The position numbers and the translations under genes are program-made. The notes below the pieces were generated by a model. It saw only the letters and a list, made by a program, of their open reading frames with translations. It was not told where the DNA came from and ran no database searches. Source: Hemiscyllium ocellatum (lineage: Eukaryota). Taken from it: 64,000 nucleotides of DNA. The DNA lies in NCBI RefSeq assembly GCF_020745735.1, contig NW_026867487.1, positions 4,729,239 to 4,793,238 of the forward strand, given 5' to 3'. Below, in pieces: positions 1 through 12,019 of this stretch. Within the stretch, counting starts at the first letter, position 1. Every line of letters begins with the position of its first letter.

Positions 1-139
1 TGGAGCACTCTATGGAAGCGTTTTCTGCCTCCTTAACAACTGTCCACTGAGCAAGTTGCGTGACTTCATCCTCTGCCGTTTTTACCTTGTAGATCAGAGA
101 GGGAAGCAGGAAAAGAACTCGGTAAATTTGAGACATCAT
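1..139 (-). CDS. TRAV: TCR alpha-type V segment V1.0, 5' part only (leader+FR1 in one exon); runs off the window start
   Basis: Reverse strand from ATG at 139 reads MMSQIYRVLFLLPSLIYKVKTAEDEVTQLAQWTVVKEAENASIECS, a paralog of V1.1-V1.3. Confidence 0.9.
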   Translation of the reverse strand, partial: MMSQIYRVLFLLPSLIYKVKTAEDEVTQLAQWTVVKEAENASIECS

Positions 140-354
140 CAAGTTACATGAAGTGTAAGGTCCACCGAGTTCTGTTGGGAAAAAAAAAGATTTGACAATG
201 AGAAAAACACTCTTTTCGTGTCGAACACAGTGTTGCCTTCTTTCGAAGTTGTGAAATAATTTATGTCTTCGAGTTTATCTTTCCATACCAGGCTTTTCGC
301 ACAATGTGTGTATGGCACTCCGCTCTCTCATTTAATATATGTCAACGATTCAGC

Positions 355-368
355 CTGCCCTCTAGTGG
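355..368 (-). promoter_or_regulatory. CTCF-consensus motif upstream of V1.0 (paralogs at 19771-19784, 37093-37106 and, degenerate, 52185-52198)
   Basis: Minus strand CCACTAGAGGGCAG matches the CTCF core CCASYAGRKGGCRS, ~215-230 bp upstream of each V1 ATG. Confidence 0.55.
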
Positions 369-686
369 CTAAGTCTGGAAATTGTGACGTAAATGTTCTC
401 ACCAGAATGGAATTCACACGATCTTGTTCAATGAAAACCAAAATATCTGATTCCTCCTGCCGCCCCACACCCCCCCACCCCCAAATATCCTTGCCTGGTT
501 TACTCGGCACTTTTTATTTCAAATGCAGCACCCAACGATTTCAGGGTATTTTCTTCACGCATTGCAACTGCAACTGTATTCCAGACTTCAATCAGCCTGC
601 CTAAATTAAGCAAAAGACCTCAACATTAATCGGAACATTTTGTCCTGTGCTTTGAGGCGGCATGTCACCTCAGCGTGATGGAATGT

Positions 687-687
<1 letters not shown>

Positions 688-732
<45 letters not shown>
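688..732. repeat. (AC)n microsatellite
   Basis: Pure AC run of ~22 units. Confidence 0.95.
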
Positions 733-734
<2 letters not shown>

Positions 735-747
735 GGGTCTGACCAAA

Positions 748-850
748 TAAGGGCCCATTCCTGAAGAAGGGCTTATGCCCGAAATGTCTAATCACCTGTT
801 CCTTGGATGCTGCCTGACCTGCTGCGCTTTACCAGCAACACATTTTCAGC
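748..850 (+). mobile_element. Solo Penelope-like pLTR fragment with a decayed hammerhead motif
   Basis: Matches 4655-4750 of the PLE below. It is flanked by TCTGACCAAA / TCTGCCCAAA and is absent at the U2 site (20298-20310). Confidence 0.75.
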
Positions 851-939
851 TCTGCCCAAAACCAGGCAAGTATCTCTGAAATCTCATTCTCTTGGAAGAT
901 ACTGTCCATTCATTATGCTGGTGCTTCAGAAGCTGAAAC

Positions 940-1478
940 TAAATGGTGCGGCCGCACTTGGAGTATTGCGCATAGTTCTGGTCACCACATTAGGAAGGAT
1001 GTGAAAGCTTTGGAAAGAGTTCAGAGGAGATTTATTGTGATATTGCCTGTTATGGATGAGAGGTTTTACGAGGAAAGGCTGAGGGACTTGAGGATGTTTT
1101 CATTGGAGAGAAGAAGGTTGAGAGATGAATTAATCGAGACATAGAAGATAACCAGAGGGTTGGATGGAGAGGTCAGTGAGAGCCTTTTTCCTCAGATGGC
1201 GATGGCTAGCACGACGGGACCTGGCTTTAAACTGAGGAGTGATCGATATAGGACAAATATCAGAGGTAGGTTGTTTACTCAGAGAGTAGAAGAGGCGTGG
1301 AATGCTCTTCCTGCAACAGTAGTAGGCTCTCCAACTTTAAGGGCATTTAAATGGCCATTGGATAGGCATGTGGACGAGAACAGAATAATGTAGGTTAGAC
1401 GGGCTTCAGATCGGTTTCACAGGTTGTCGTAACACCGAGGGCCGAAGGGCCTGTACTGCGCTGGAATGTTCCATGTCC
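940..1478 (+). mobile_element. CR1 LINE 3' fragment (paralogs ~20410-20930, ~37590-38115, ~52770-53280)
   Basis: Degenerate CR1 C-terminal ORF (FSLERRRLRDELI...GFKL...RGRLFTQRV..AWNALP) and CR1-type 3' end. Confidence 0.85.
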
Positions 1479-1559
1479 AAAATATGGACAGAAGTGGAGC
1501 AACAGATAGCGTGTGAAATGAAAACGAGCAGGGGACTTGCTAAATTTTAGCATTTTGCT

Positions 1560-1800
1560 TTTGTGTGTGTGTGCGTGCCTCTGGGTGTGTGTGTGTGTGT
1601 GTGTGTGTCTTTGTATTTATAATTCTGTCTGCGCATCTATTTATGTATGTTGCGGCCTGTGTATATGTGTGCTTTTCTGTGGCTACCAATGTGCATTTCT
1701 GTGTTCATGTGCATGTCTTTTTGTGCGTTTACGTGTGTGTGTCTGTGTTTATCTTTATCTGTTGGTGTTTGTGTGCGTGTGCGGGCACATGTGTGTGAAT
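1560..1800. repeat. Degenerate (TG)n-rich low-complexity tract (paralogs ~21015-21270, ~38200-38430, ~53360-53600)
   Basis: Interrupted TG repeats, which give the spurious Cys/Val-rich ORFs in the track. Confidence 0.9.
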
Positions 1801-2310
1801 GGATGTGTCCATCTCCTTGTGAAAAGGAAAATATTCTGGCTTGATGTTGAAAATATGACAGTGTCGAAGTTCTCTGCTTGTTGCTGTCCTCTGAATAAGA
1901 TCATATAGTTCCACCATCTGCTCTCGAATCGGACATTTCAAAAACCATCACATTCTCTTAAGAAGGCTCAGATTGGGAATTTTTCAAGGGCTACTTTCTA
2001 ATATTCATGACGTAATAGAACGAGGGGTTATAGTTTAAACTCATCCATTTTTAAACAGCTATCCAATGTTCTGAGATCAATGATATGGATGAGAATGTTC
2101 TAGGCATGAACGGAAAGTTTGCAGATGACACTAACATCGGAGGTATGGTGGACAGTGAGGAAGGTCATCAGAAATTGCAGCAGGATCCTGATCAGTTGGG
2201 GAACTGGGCCAGAAATAGTAAATGGAATTTGGTATGACGGCTGGCATTTTGGAAAGCTAATTCAAAGCAAGAGCTTGATGATGGATGGTAGTGCCTTAAG
2301 GAGGCACAAC

Positions 2311-2508
2311 CCCAAGTCCCTCCTCCCTACCTTTTATCTTAGCCTGCTGGAACGCCCCTCCCCCAAGTCCCTCCTCCCTACCTTTTATCTTAGCCTGCTG
2401 GAAACGCCCCTCCCCCAAGTCCCTCCTCCCTACCTTTTATCTTAGCCTGCTGGAACGCTCCTCCCCCAAGTCCCTCCTCCCTACCATTTATCTTAGCCTG
2501 TTGGAACC
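2311..2508 (+). repeat. Four tandem 51-52 bp copies of a pLTR sub-segment
   Basis: CCCAAGTCCCTCCTCCCTACCTTTTATCTTAGCCTGCTGGA starts at 2311, 2362, 2414 and 2465, and recurs at ~2612 and ~4601. Confidence 0.92.
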
Positions 2509-4654
2509 TTCTAACCTGCAATTTTCTTCCTGACCTCGCCTCCCCCACCCCACTCCGGCCTATCAGCGTCAACTTGACTTCCTTCCACCTATGTCATCTC
2601 CATCGCCCCTCCCCAAGTCCCTCCTCCCTACCTTTTATCTTAGCCTGCTGGAATCCACTCCTGGCAGACAAGGGAGGCGCGGTAGTAGTTTGGCGCGGCG
2701 ACCTTTATACCTCTGAAGCCAAACGCCAGCTCGCAGACGCCTCCTCCTATTGCCCCCTTGACCATGACCCCACCTCCCACCACCAAACCATCATCTCCCA
2801 GACCATCCATAACCTCATCACCTCAGCGGGTCTCCCATTCTTCGCTTCCAACCTCATAGTCCCACAACCCCGCACCGCCCGTTTCTACCTCCTGCCCAAA
2901 ATCCACAAACCTGACTGCCCCGGCCGACCCATTGTCTCAGCCTGCTCCTGCCCCACCAAACTCATCTCCGCGTAGCTCGACACGGTTCTGTCCCCCTTAG
3001 TCCAAGAACTGCCCACCTACGTTCGGGACACCACCCACGCCCTCCACCTCCTCCATGATTTTTGCTTCCCCGGTCCCCAACGCCTTATCTTCACGATGGA
3101 CATCCAGTCCCTGTACACCTCCATCCCCCATCACGAAGGACTCAAAGCCCTCCGCTTCTTCCTTTCCCGACGCACCAACCAGTACCATTCTACTGACACC
3201 CTCCTTCGACTGACTGAACTGGTCCTCACCCTGAACAACTTCTCTTTCTAATCCTCCCACTTCCTCCAAACTAAAGGAGTTGCCAAGGGCACTCGCATGG
3301 GCCCCAGCTATGCCTGTCTCTTCGAAGGATATGTGGAACAGTCCATCTTCCGCAACTACACTGGCACCACACCCCACCTTTTCCTCTGCTACATCGATGA
3401 ATGTATCGGCGCTGCCTCGTGCTCCCACGAGGAGGTTGAACAGTTCATCAACTTTACCAACACCTTCCATCCCGACCTCAAATTCTCCTGGCCTGTCTCA
3501 GACTCCTCCCTCCCCTTCCTAGACCTTTCCATTTCTATCTCAGGAGACCGAATCAACACAGACATCTACTATAAACCGACTGACTCCCACTGCTACCTGG
3601 ACTACACCTCCTCCCACCCTGCCCCCTGTAAAAACTCCATCCCATATTCCCAATTCCTTTGTCTCCGCCGCATCTGCTCCCAGGAGGACCAGTTCCAATA
3701 CCGTCCAGCCCAGATTGCCTCCTTCTTCAAGGACAGCAGATTCTCCCCAGACGTGATCGACGATGCCCTCCACCGCATCTCCTCCACTTCCCGCTCCTCC
3801 GCCCTTGAGCCCCGCCCCTCCAACCGCCACCAGGACAGAACCCCACTGGTTCTCACCTACCACCCCACCAACCACTGTATACAGCGCATCATCCGCCGTA
3901 ATTTCCACCACCTCCAAACAGACCCCACCACCAGGGATATATTTCCCTCCCCTCCCCTATCAGCGTTCCACTCCCTTCGTGACTCCCTCGTCAGGTCCAC
4001 ACCCCCCACCAACCCAACCTCCACTCCCGGCACATTCCCCTGCAACCGCAGCAAATGCAAAACTTGCGCCGACACCTCCTCCGTTTCCTCTCTCCAAGGC
4101 CCCAAGGGATCCTTCCATATCCGCCACAAGTTCACCTGCACCTCCACACACATCATCTACTGCATCCACTGCACGCGATGTGGCCTCCTCTATCTTGGGG
4201 AGACGGGCCGCCTACTTGCGGAACGCTTCAGGGAACATCTCTGGGATGCCCGGACCAACCAACCCAACCACCCGGTGGCTCAACACTTTAACTCTCCCCC
4301 CCACTCCACCGAGGACATGCAGGTCCTTGGACTCCTCCATCGCCAGAACATAACAACACCATGGTTGGAGGAAGAGCGCCTCATCTTCCGCCTGGGAACC
4401 CTACAACTACAAGGGATGAACTTAGATTTCTCCACTTTCCTCAGTTTTCCCTCCCCACACCTAGCCTCAGTCGATTCCCTCGAACTCAGCACCGCCCTCC
4501 TAACCTGCAATTTTCTTCCTGACCTCTTCGGCCCCACCCCACTCCGGCCTATCACCCTCACCTTGACCTCCTTCCAAATATCACATCTCCATCGCCCCTC
4601 CCCAAAGTCCCTCCTCCCTACCTTTTATCTTAGCCTGCTGGACACACTTTCCTC

Positions 4655-4690
4655 ATTCCTGATGAAGGGCTTTAGCCCGAAACGTCGAAT
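4655..4690 (+). ncRNA. Minimal type I hammerhead-ribozyme motif in the Penelope pLTR
   Basis: ATTC-CTGATGA-A-GGGC-TTTA-GCCC-GAAA-C-GTC-GAAT gives the core, stem II, a GUC cleavage triplet at 4684-4686 and an ATTC/GAAT stem I. Confidence 0.7.
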
Positions 4691-6489
4691 TTCCTGTTCC
4701 TTGGATGCTGCCTGACCTGCTGCGCTTTAACCAGCAACACATTTTCAACTCTGATCTCCAGCATCTGCAGACCTCACTTTTTACTCAGTGCCTTAAGGAG
4801 GGTAGCGCAACAGACGCACCTTGGTGTTCAGGTGGACGGTTCTCTGAAACTCACAGTTTGACAGGACAGCAAAAAAAAAGCTTTTGGCACACAAACCTTC
4901 ATCAGTCAGGGAATTGAGTATAGACGTTGTGAAGTTATGTTGCTGTTGTACAGGAGATGATGAGGCCGTAATTGGAGTATTGTGCTCAGTATGATCACCT
5001 TGCTCTATGAAGGATTTGTTAAAATGGAAAGAGTGCAGAAGAAATTTACAAGCATGTCGCCTGAACTCAATGGTCAATTTAGAAGGAGAGATTGGACAAA
5101 CAAAGATTTATATCTTTCGTGTGTAGGAGACTGAGGGAAACGGGGATTGGGGTGTGGATCTTATCAAGATGTCTAAGACCATGAGGAGCATGGACGGTGT
5201 GAATGAACTCAATCTTTTTCCCAGGGCTGGGGAATCAAGAACGAGAGGGCATCTGTTTAAGGGGAAAGAATAAAAGGGAAACCAACGGGCAACATTTTTA
5301 ACACAGGTGGTGGTACTCATGTGGAATGACATGCCAGTGGAAGCGGTTGAGGCGGGTACATTCACAACATCTAAAGGGATTTAGATAAGTGCATGGATAG
5401 GAAAGGATTAGAAAGATACCGGCCAAGTGCAGGAAAATGATGCTAGCATGGACAGACGGCATGGACCATTTCAGTCAGAGGACATGTTTCCCTGCTGTAG
5501 GACTCTATGACTCCCTCCATTTTTCAATCAGAGACGAGGGAAAAGTTGTCTGTCAGAGCATTGTGAGATTTGGGAATGTCCTTCCTCAAAAGGCAGTGAT
5601 CTTCACTTGAGAGATGTCCCGAACTGATTCTGAATGTCTTCACCGTAACTGAGGGAAGGATGCTTTCAAAGTAGTTGTCGTACAGAAGGATAATACATTC
5701 CAGGCCTGGAGTGTCGCTCAAAAACTGACCTTTTGAAGCGTAGTCAGTATATTTAGGAAATCGGGAATCTAATTTAATTGTTATGGATATTGATGCAAAT
5801 ACAGATTTATTAAAATGAAACAGTGCTGAAGGAATTTGCACGCATGTTGCCTGAACTTAATGGTCTAATTTAGAAGGATTTCCATGACAGAAGAAATTTA
5901 TAGATTTACATTTCCGAATACAACTGCATGAATGGAATCCCTGCACAGCCGTATGACCTGCAGTTCCTGGAGGTATCCCAAAAGGTCAATAGCGTATCAA
6001 AGTTCATAAAATTCCGGATTTACCTGTCCTTTATTCACAAATTAACAGAGAGTCCGGCCGGGTTTCTGTACTTAACATAAATTATTATTCATTATAAATG
6101 AATTTATTCCAGATGCAGGTTAAAAATTATGAAAGGATGATATATAATTCAATCGGTTGCAAGTCTTACTGCCATGAACAACTACCACCCTGTATTCCTT
6201 TAGTGCAGAGAAATCAGGCATCCAGAACTGGGCTGGCATTTTAATGGATCCTGTCTCAGTGTTCGCTGTGTTGACGCTTCTGGTTGTAGGACTTGTTGCT
6301 TCTTAATCTGTTTTCTCCAGGCACATTTGCTGAAGGTGGTACACAATGTTTCACACTGATCACGCCTGTCACGCACACACTGTATAAGTGTGTGAGCAGA
6401 TGCTGCTGTACATTTGAAAAATGCAATGCGTTGCTGCCATTCCTCTGACATAATCCCCAACGATTTTTCCACTCTGCCTGTGCATTGGT

Positions 6490-6830
6490 GTGTAGCCACC
6501 AGGAGAGGGTGGCATTGTGTCACTTTCAGTACAGAGAACCAGGGAGAGCTGCTTTGACCAAACCTAACTGTCTGGTAGAAGTGATGGTGACCAGCCTTCT
6601 TGAATGTCTACACTGCTTGCTGAGTTGGGGCACCTACATTGTTGTTAGCAAGACATTTCCAGGGTCCTGACCAAGTCGTGCCGTGTATGGCCTGAGAGTG
6701 AAGTGGCCCCATTCATCTACTGTGTTTGTCTTTCTAAGGAGTAGAGGGAATGAGAATGTTCTGTTGTAGGACAAATTACTGCAATGCAATGTTGCAGCCA
6801 TAATTCTGCAGCTGTGCATTAGTGATAAGA
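6490..6830 (-). mobile_element. Old non-LTR retroelement fragment, probably L2-clade (paralogs ~23400-23765, ~40620-41005, ~55735-55808)
   Basis: Degenerate match, from memory, to a common shark LINE; conserved position in all cassettes. Clade assignment is tentative. Confidence 0.5.
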
Positions 6831-8290
6831 CAGTGAATATTGCTGCTGATGCAGGTGTCAGTCCCGTATGTTTTTGTGTTTTTCTGCATTTCATCGACAT
6901 GAGGAACTTCTGCAGTCCAAATTTATGATTGACCTGATATTCCATGCATCTTCCCTTTACCCCTTTACGCGGACTTTTAGTCATCCTTTCTTTAATTTTA
7001 AATTACTTTGAATCCTTTCACTTCTATGTTTCTTGCGGCCTTGCAAAGCGTACAACATGGGTATTTTCAATCTTTCGCTAGCCACAGTTCAATTATTTTC
7101 CAACTACATGTTTCTGTTTTCGTGGAACAAATAATAATTACAAACTATATAATACCTCTTCAACCACTCAGTACTGTCTGTGTACTTCCAAATCATTCTG
7201 TGTATTTTGGCAATCCATCATTAGCATTTTCCGACTCCAATTTTCATTGTTTCCATTGTTCAGGTTTCAGACTCTATTTACAGAATGAATGATGCCACTT
7301 TGAAACTTGATTAAAACTTGCACAACATTACTTTCTGTATTCAACAGCACCTATGAAGAGCAAGGTTATTACGGCCTGAAGTGTCACCTGAAATAGTAAA
7401 CTTATGATGGACACTATTGCATTTAACATGGAGTTAGAAAAGATTAACAATGATTAAAGCATCCTGGGAAATCGAACTCTGCCTTGACGAAAGTGACGAT
7501 GCTCATCCACATACTGCAGAATCCAGACAGGTTACAGGTGCCCCCAGATGGTTTGCATACAAACCTGAGAGCTGCAGACCCTGCAACACACACCTGAGGT
7601 TGGAGTTGAATGCAACAATGGAATGCCGCCCTCGGGGACAATTTGAAATAGTGAAAGATTCGCTGGAGAGAGAGGCGCCTGACACCCTTATTTGGAGGAG
7701 GTTACGTGCACCCAGCGTTTACCATATTGGATGCCTGAGGGCCAACCTGCCATCAACGTGCCAACACCTGGTTGGGTCTGATCCTTCAGGGTAATCGAAC
7801 CTGATTAATCTGTTGGAAGATCCTCAACACCCTCCCAAAAAGGCGTGAAAACTCGGAAGGAGAGCAGTCAACACAAAATCACACCCAGGATGGTAACTCG
7901 AGAATAACCACCGAAGGAGAAGACACCGTCAAGACATCGGAAGTGAAGGAAGGCATCATTACATGGAGCCTGGTCAAGTTTGAATGTGGTGGTACACGAA
8001 TGTACAAAGTTAAATTAAATCATAAGATATGTCGTTGTTCTTTTTTTGATGGTTTATGGTTCTCATATTAATTGTGTCCAATAAACGAAAATCATTTTCT
8101 GTTAGAGTCGACTCACGGTTCTTTTGCTGTATCGAAGAACTTTAACACACTGTGTGGCAGGTACAACATTATGAATTTTTCTCCGTCTTTAACCAATGTT
8201 AAACCTAAAACAAGCTGATTTTGATTTGGTCCTTTAACGGTTTGCTTCAGAAAAGTTCATAACAAACTCCAGAAATTCATCTCCCACAGA

Positions 8291-8398
8291 TTTCGTCAAT
8301 GGATTTACAGCTAGGATAGGTAATTGAATCACTTGCCACAATCCTCCCATATTCATGGTTCCTCCTTGACAACGTTATCTTTGTGTCTGCTCAGGAGG
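8291..8398 (-). pseudogene. Decayed C2H2 zinc-finger gene relic (paralogs 25203-25310, 46690-46764, 57396-57501)
   Basis: The U2 copy translates as LLDRHKDDIVKEEP*ICEDCGKGFNYPS*LEIY*R and U1 as LSRHKDNVVKEEP*IWEDCGK*FNYLS*L*IH*R. Both resemble EKPWKCxDCGKGFxYPSxLEIHRR. Confidence 0.65.
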
Positions 8399-8644
8399 TG
8401 ATTGATTGAATCCATGACTGCACATTAGTTGAGCATAGTGTCTCCTTGCTGTGAATGTTTGTCAAACTTCTTGATGAGTTTAAATTCCTTTCTCAGTAAG
8501 GCTGTGATTGCATTCATAATATGAAACACAATTTTGGATGCTGGAGATCTGAAACACATAGATGGTTGTGTTTGTGATTTGTTCCTCACTGAAAATAAAG
8601 TGTCAGATATAAGTTTCCAGTTTGAAAATGGCACTTCATAATTA

Positions 8645-9155
8645 GAGTAATAATCATAGAGTCAGAGAGGAGTACTGCATGAAAACAGACCCTTTGGTCC
8701 AACCCGTCCAAGTTATCCAGATATCCCAATTTAGTTCCACTTGCCAGCAACCGGCCCAGATCCCTCTAAACCCTTACTATTCATCTACCCATCCAAATGC
8801 CTCTTAAATGTTGTAAATGTACTAGCCTCCACCGCTTCTTCTGGCAGCTCATTCATACACGGAACACCCTCTGCGTGTAAAAGTTGCCCCGTAGGTCTCT
8901 TTTATATTTTTCCCCCCTCACCCTAAACCTATGCCCTGTGGTTCTGGACTCCCACACCGCAGGGAAATGACTTTGTCTATTTACCCTATCCATGTCCCCC
9001 ATAATTTTATAAACCTCTATCATGTCACCCCTCAGCCTCTGACGCTCGAGGGAAAACAGCCCCAGCCTTTTGGTCTCTCCCTATAACTCAAATCCTCGAA
9101 CCCTGGCAACATTCCTGTAAATCTTTGCTGAACCATTTCACGTTTCACAACATTC
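8645..9155 (-). mobile_element. CR1 3' fragment, U1-specific insertion
   Basis: CR1 tail and C-terminal RT sequence; the other cassettes are contiguous here (e.g. 25545-25575). Confidence 0.8.
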
Positions 9156-9569
9156 TCCAACAGTTGTACCTGTTTGTATTACCGTCCTGATTTATGGGCA
9201 AAAACACATTTGAAAGCAGTTAGGTGAACTCTGTTATAAAATTGCAGGTGGAAGTGCAAGTGAAATGCATCTGTGGAGTTCTTCAATAATGATAATAGTT
9301 TGAATACTAGATAAAGAAGGGCATGCATTGTGTCCAAGAATTTCCTTTTGTCGTGATATGTGTACCTACACACTGACCTTTGAGATATGCTCATTCCTTC
9401 TCATGAATTAAAATGAACTGAAATGCATTAGCTGAAATGATGACCAATACACCTTCAATGGGAACTTTCAAAATAAAATGGGAAGTATGTTTGGAAAGGA
9501 AAACTTCGGAGAAAGATTACAAAAGCAGGTGGAGAACACCTTTTAGTATTTTAGCTATGTTATTATTCC

Positions 9570-9790
9570 AGAGAGTCAGTTAATGTCCTGGGAAACAGGA
9601 TACGAGTCCCTCCAAAGTAGATGGTGAAATTTGATATGCATAAAATTAAATATCTGAAATTAAGAGTCTAACAATGACCATGGCAACATTGTCGATTGAT
9701 TGACGTGATTCAATAATGGACTTCCGGAAATCCTCTGTCCTGTCCTGGTCTGGCCCATATGCGACGACAGACCCACAACACTAGTGTAAC
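9570..9790 (+). mobile_element. Degenerate tRNA-derived Deu-SINE (SacSINE1-like); paralogs ~25770-26010, ~47380-47620, ~58150-58380
   Basis: GTTCGAATCCCACC-like B-box remnant, ...AAGAGTCTAACAATGACCATG..., and the CCTGGTCTGGCC..ATGTGACT..AGACCCACA core. Confidence 0.55.
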
Positions 9791-9824
9791 AAGCTACTCT
9801 ATTGATAGATATCATAGAGTTCCT

Positions 9825-10135
9825 GCAGTGTGAAAACGGGCCATTACAAGTCCACACCTCCCACCGAAGAGTTACCCACCCAGAGTCAACCAATAAATCC
9901 GCATCTCCCCTGATGAACCCTATCTACACATCCCTGAGCACTATGTACAGTTTTAGCATGACCAATTCACCTAGCCTGCACATATTTGGATATTGGGGGA
10001 AACCAGAGCACTTGGAAGAAATCCACGCAAACACGAGGGAACGTGCAAACTCCATTCAGACAAGGCTCGAATCGAATGTCGGTCCCTGGTGCTGCGAGGC
10101 AGCAGTGCGAACCACTGAGCCACCGTGCCGTCCAC
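9825..10135 (-). mobile_element. Old HE1/V-SINE-like copy (paralogs ~26060-26355, ~47665-47965, ~58420-58710)
   Basis: Minus-strand head GCACGGTGGCTCAGTGGTT..CACTGCTGCCTC and the central GAGTTTGCACGTTC..CGTG domain. Confidence 0.75.
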
Positions 10136-10189
10136 GTCTAACAATCTTCTTGAATTATCATCAAAGGTATGATCCACATGGCGTCAGAA

Positions 10190-10545
10190 AAATAAATAAC
10201 TGCAGAAAAAGTAATGTGGACTCTGCAAAGTTGTCCTTACGAACATCTGGGAAGTCGTGCCAAAGTCGGAGAGCTGTCTTACAGACGAGTCAAGCAACAG
10301 CCTGACAAACTCAGAACAATAGATTCATATCTGATAGACAACATCTAAGACACAACGGCCACCATCCCTGTATATGTCCCATCCCACCGGCAGGATAGAT
10401 TGAGCTGAGGTAGCCAGGCCATTGCATGCAATCAGGAGGGAGTTGCCCTCACAATCATCGGCATTGTCTCCAGACATTATGACGTTCCATGGCTTAAGGT
10501 TATTTATGCCCAAGTATTCTCCTGCTGATTAAAGCATACTGCATT
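10190..10545 (+). mobile_element. Degenerate LINE AP-endonuclease fragment (paralogs ~26450-26790, ~48035-48350, ~58790-59110)
   Basis: Decayed GELSHRLVKQQPD...TIPGY..SHRQDR-like coding sequence. Confidence 0.6.
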
Positions 10546-11194
10546 ACCTTGAGTGATAAATGACTCCATTTTGCCTGTTTGTTTGTGTGTGTGTGTCACT
10601 GTTCTTATGGTTGCACCAAATTGCTTTCCGGAAGCAGTTCTCAAGGGCAAATGACGTCATTCTGTTGCAATTCATCATGTCCTCTGTAAGTAACGTAATC
10701 AATTTTCACTGCTAAAACTTCCAGATCTGATGCCAAACTGTCTTTGAAAACTGATGTCATCTGAATCTGATTGGTGGGGTTTTTGATGCAGTGAAAATTT
10801 TAAACTGCATGGGACGAAAATTGTTTCCGTTTGAAGTCAGCAAACTGCCAAAACACAATGAGCCCCACCAGCACCACAACTCAGATTCGAGGTAGATAAC
10901 TGCTTGTCATTTCCTCGCTCAACTTCACTGTGGACATTGGCTGCGCAGATTGATTGAGACCTGAGTAATAAAACAATTTTGCACTTTTTCACCTTTCATC
11001 TCACCTACAGAGAAAGATCTACCTCGATGAAGAGTACCCGATCGATTGCTGCTGAAAATATAGTGTAATGGTGGAAGACGATATAACGGCTGAAAGTATG
11101 AGAAAAAAGCAACAGGTTGAGCAAGACAGCCAGGGAAGAGATTGGAGAGAGTCAGCTCTATTTGGTCCTGTCTTAACTGTGATTGGTCTACTGT

Positions 11195-11202
11195 TGACGT
11201 CA
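11195..11202. promoter_or_regulatory. CRE palindrome TGACGTCA in the V2.1 promoter (same site at 27774-27781 and 59854-59861)
   Basis: Perfect palindrome ~140-150 bp upstream of the ATG in all three V2 copies, with ATTGG/CCAAT elements nearby. Confidence 0.7.
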
Positions 11203-11350
11203 GGTATGAGAAACCACCCAGTTGGATCAAGGGAACAAATGTCTCACTTGTCCAGAAAGTGAAGGTTGTTTCTGATCGGAGTTCAGTCCCATATGTAAGA
11301 TCGGAAGGTATTATTTTGAAAAAATACGTTGTTTACTGCCGAACTTGAAA

Positions 11351-11785
11351 ATGTGCTTTTCATGTGCTTTACTGATAATTATGAAAGTGGTGTCAGGTAA
11401 GTTCGACCTAAAATCATCAATATGCGCTTCACCAGTTCGATCTTCACATTTTTTACAACTTCATTATTTCTGTTGCAGGTTCGAGTGGCCAAGATTCAGT
11501 TTCCCAGCATCCACTTGAAAAAACGGTTCAGGAAGGAGAGACTGTAATCCTCAACTGTAATTACACAGCACAGATCACTGCTCCAGTGCTCTTTTGGTAC
11601 ATCCAATATCCCGGGGAAGCTCCGGGATATTTACTGAGTAGATTCAACAAGGATGAAGGACAGACGTCTCCAGCTTTCTCTGACAGGATCTCTTCTACTC
11701 TGGACAAAAAGCAGAAAATGTTTCCTTTAAATATCACTGTTGCTCTTGTATCTGACTCTGCCGGCTACCACTGTGCGCTGAGTCT
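11351..11785 (+). CDS. TRAV: TCR alpha-type V segment V2.1 (leader exon 11351-11396, 82-nt GT-AG intron, V exon 11479-11785), open frame
   Basis: Leader MCFSCALLIIMKVVS-G, phase 1. V exon reads SSGQDSVSQHPLEKTVQEGETVILNCNY...LFWYIQYPGEAP...DSAGYHCALS with Cys23, Trp41 and Cys104, and is followed directly by an RSS. Confidence 0.93.
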
Positions 11786-11824
11786 CACGCTGATCAAGAG
11801 TTGCATTCAGTCCATACAGAAACT
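11786..11824 (+). promoter_or_regulatory. 23-RSS of V2.1
   Basis: CACGCTG + 23 nt + ACAGAAACT. Confidence 0.9.
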
Positions 11825-12019
11825 ATCCAGACACACTCATGAACCTCCTTTCCCTACCTGTACGCTAAGCCACATTTCTGATGTGTCGCTGAATTGTCAA
11901 CTGATAAGATATTGGAAACCAAACGAAAAACATCTGTAATCCCAAGATAACTCTTTCTGCATTTCACATTGTGCGTTTTTCTACATAAAACCTTCTTGTG
12001 TCGCTGTGCCCGCCGATGG

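Larger units (their letters stand above)
2305..4786 (+). mobile_element. Penelope-like retroelement (5'-truncated RT + GIY-YIG endonuclease + pLTR), with disrupting stops
   Basis: RT motifs (ADKGGAVVVW, RFYLLPKIHK, MGPSYA, CYIDE). GIY-YIG domain IYCIHCTRCGLLYLGETGR...ERFREH...PVAQHFN. 15-bp TSD AGTGCCTTAAGGAGG at 2290-2304 and 4787-4801; single copy at the empty site 38925-38939. Confidence 0.93.
2060..5515 (+). mobile_element. CR1 LINE 3' fragment (RT end to tail), split in U1 by the Penelope insertion (uninterrupted paralogs ~21520-22495, ~38690-39635, ~53860-54805)
   Basis: KFADDT-like motif near 2120, continuing after 4801 to the CTCTATGACTC tail near 5505. Confidence 0.82.

Noticed and set aside
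1537-1908. Cys/Val-rich ORFs (also ~20989-21334, ~38202-38576, ~53336-53701)
   Set aside because: They are translations of degenerate TG microsatellite tracts.
2311-2508. Regular ~51-bp direct repeats as a CRISPR array
   Set aside because: There are no unique spacers or cas genes, the DNA is eukaryotic, and the unit is part of the Penelope pLTR.
3763-4353. 196-aa Pro/Ser/Thr-rich ORF as a separate gene
   Set aside because: It is an alternative frame of the C-rich Penelope coding strand.
5793-5800. Octamer ATGCAAAT as an Ig-type promoter (also ~22766, ~39915)
   Set aside because: It lies in old repeat-derived sequence kilobases from any leader and is not conserved in U4.
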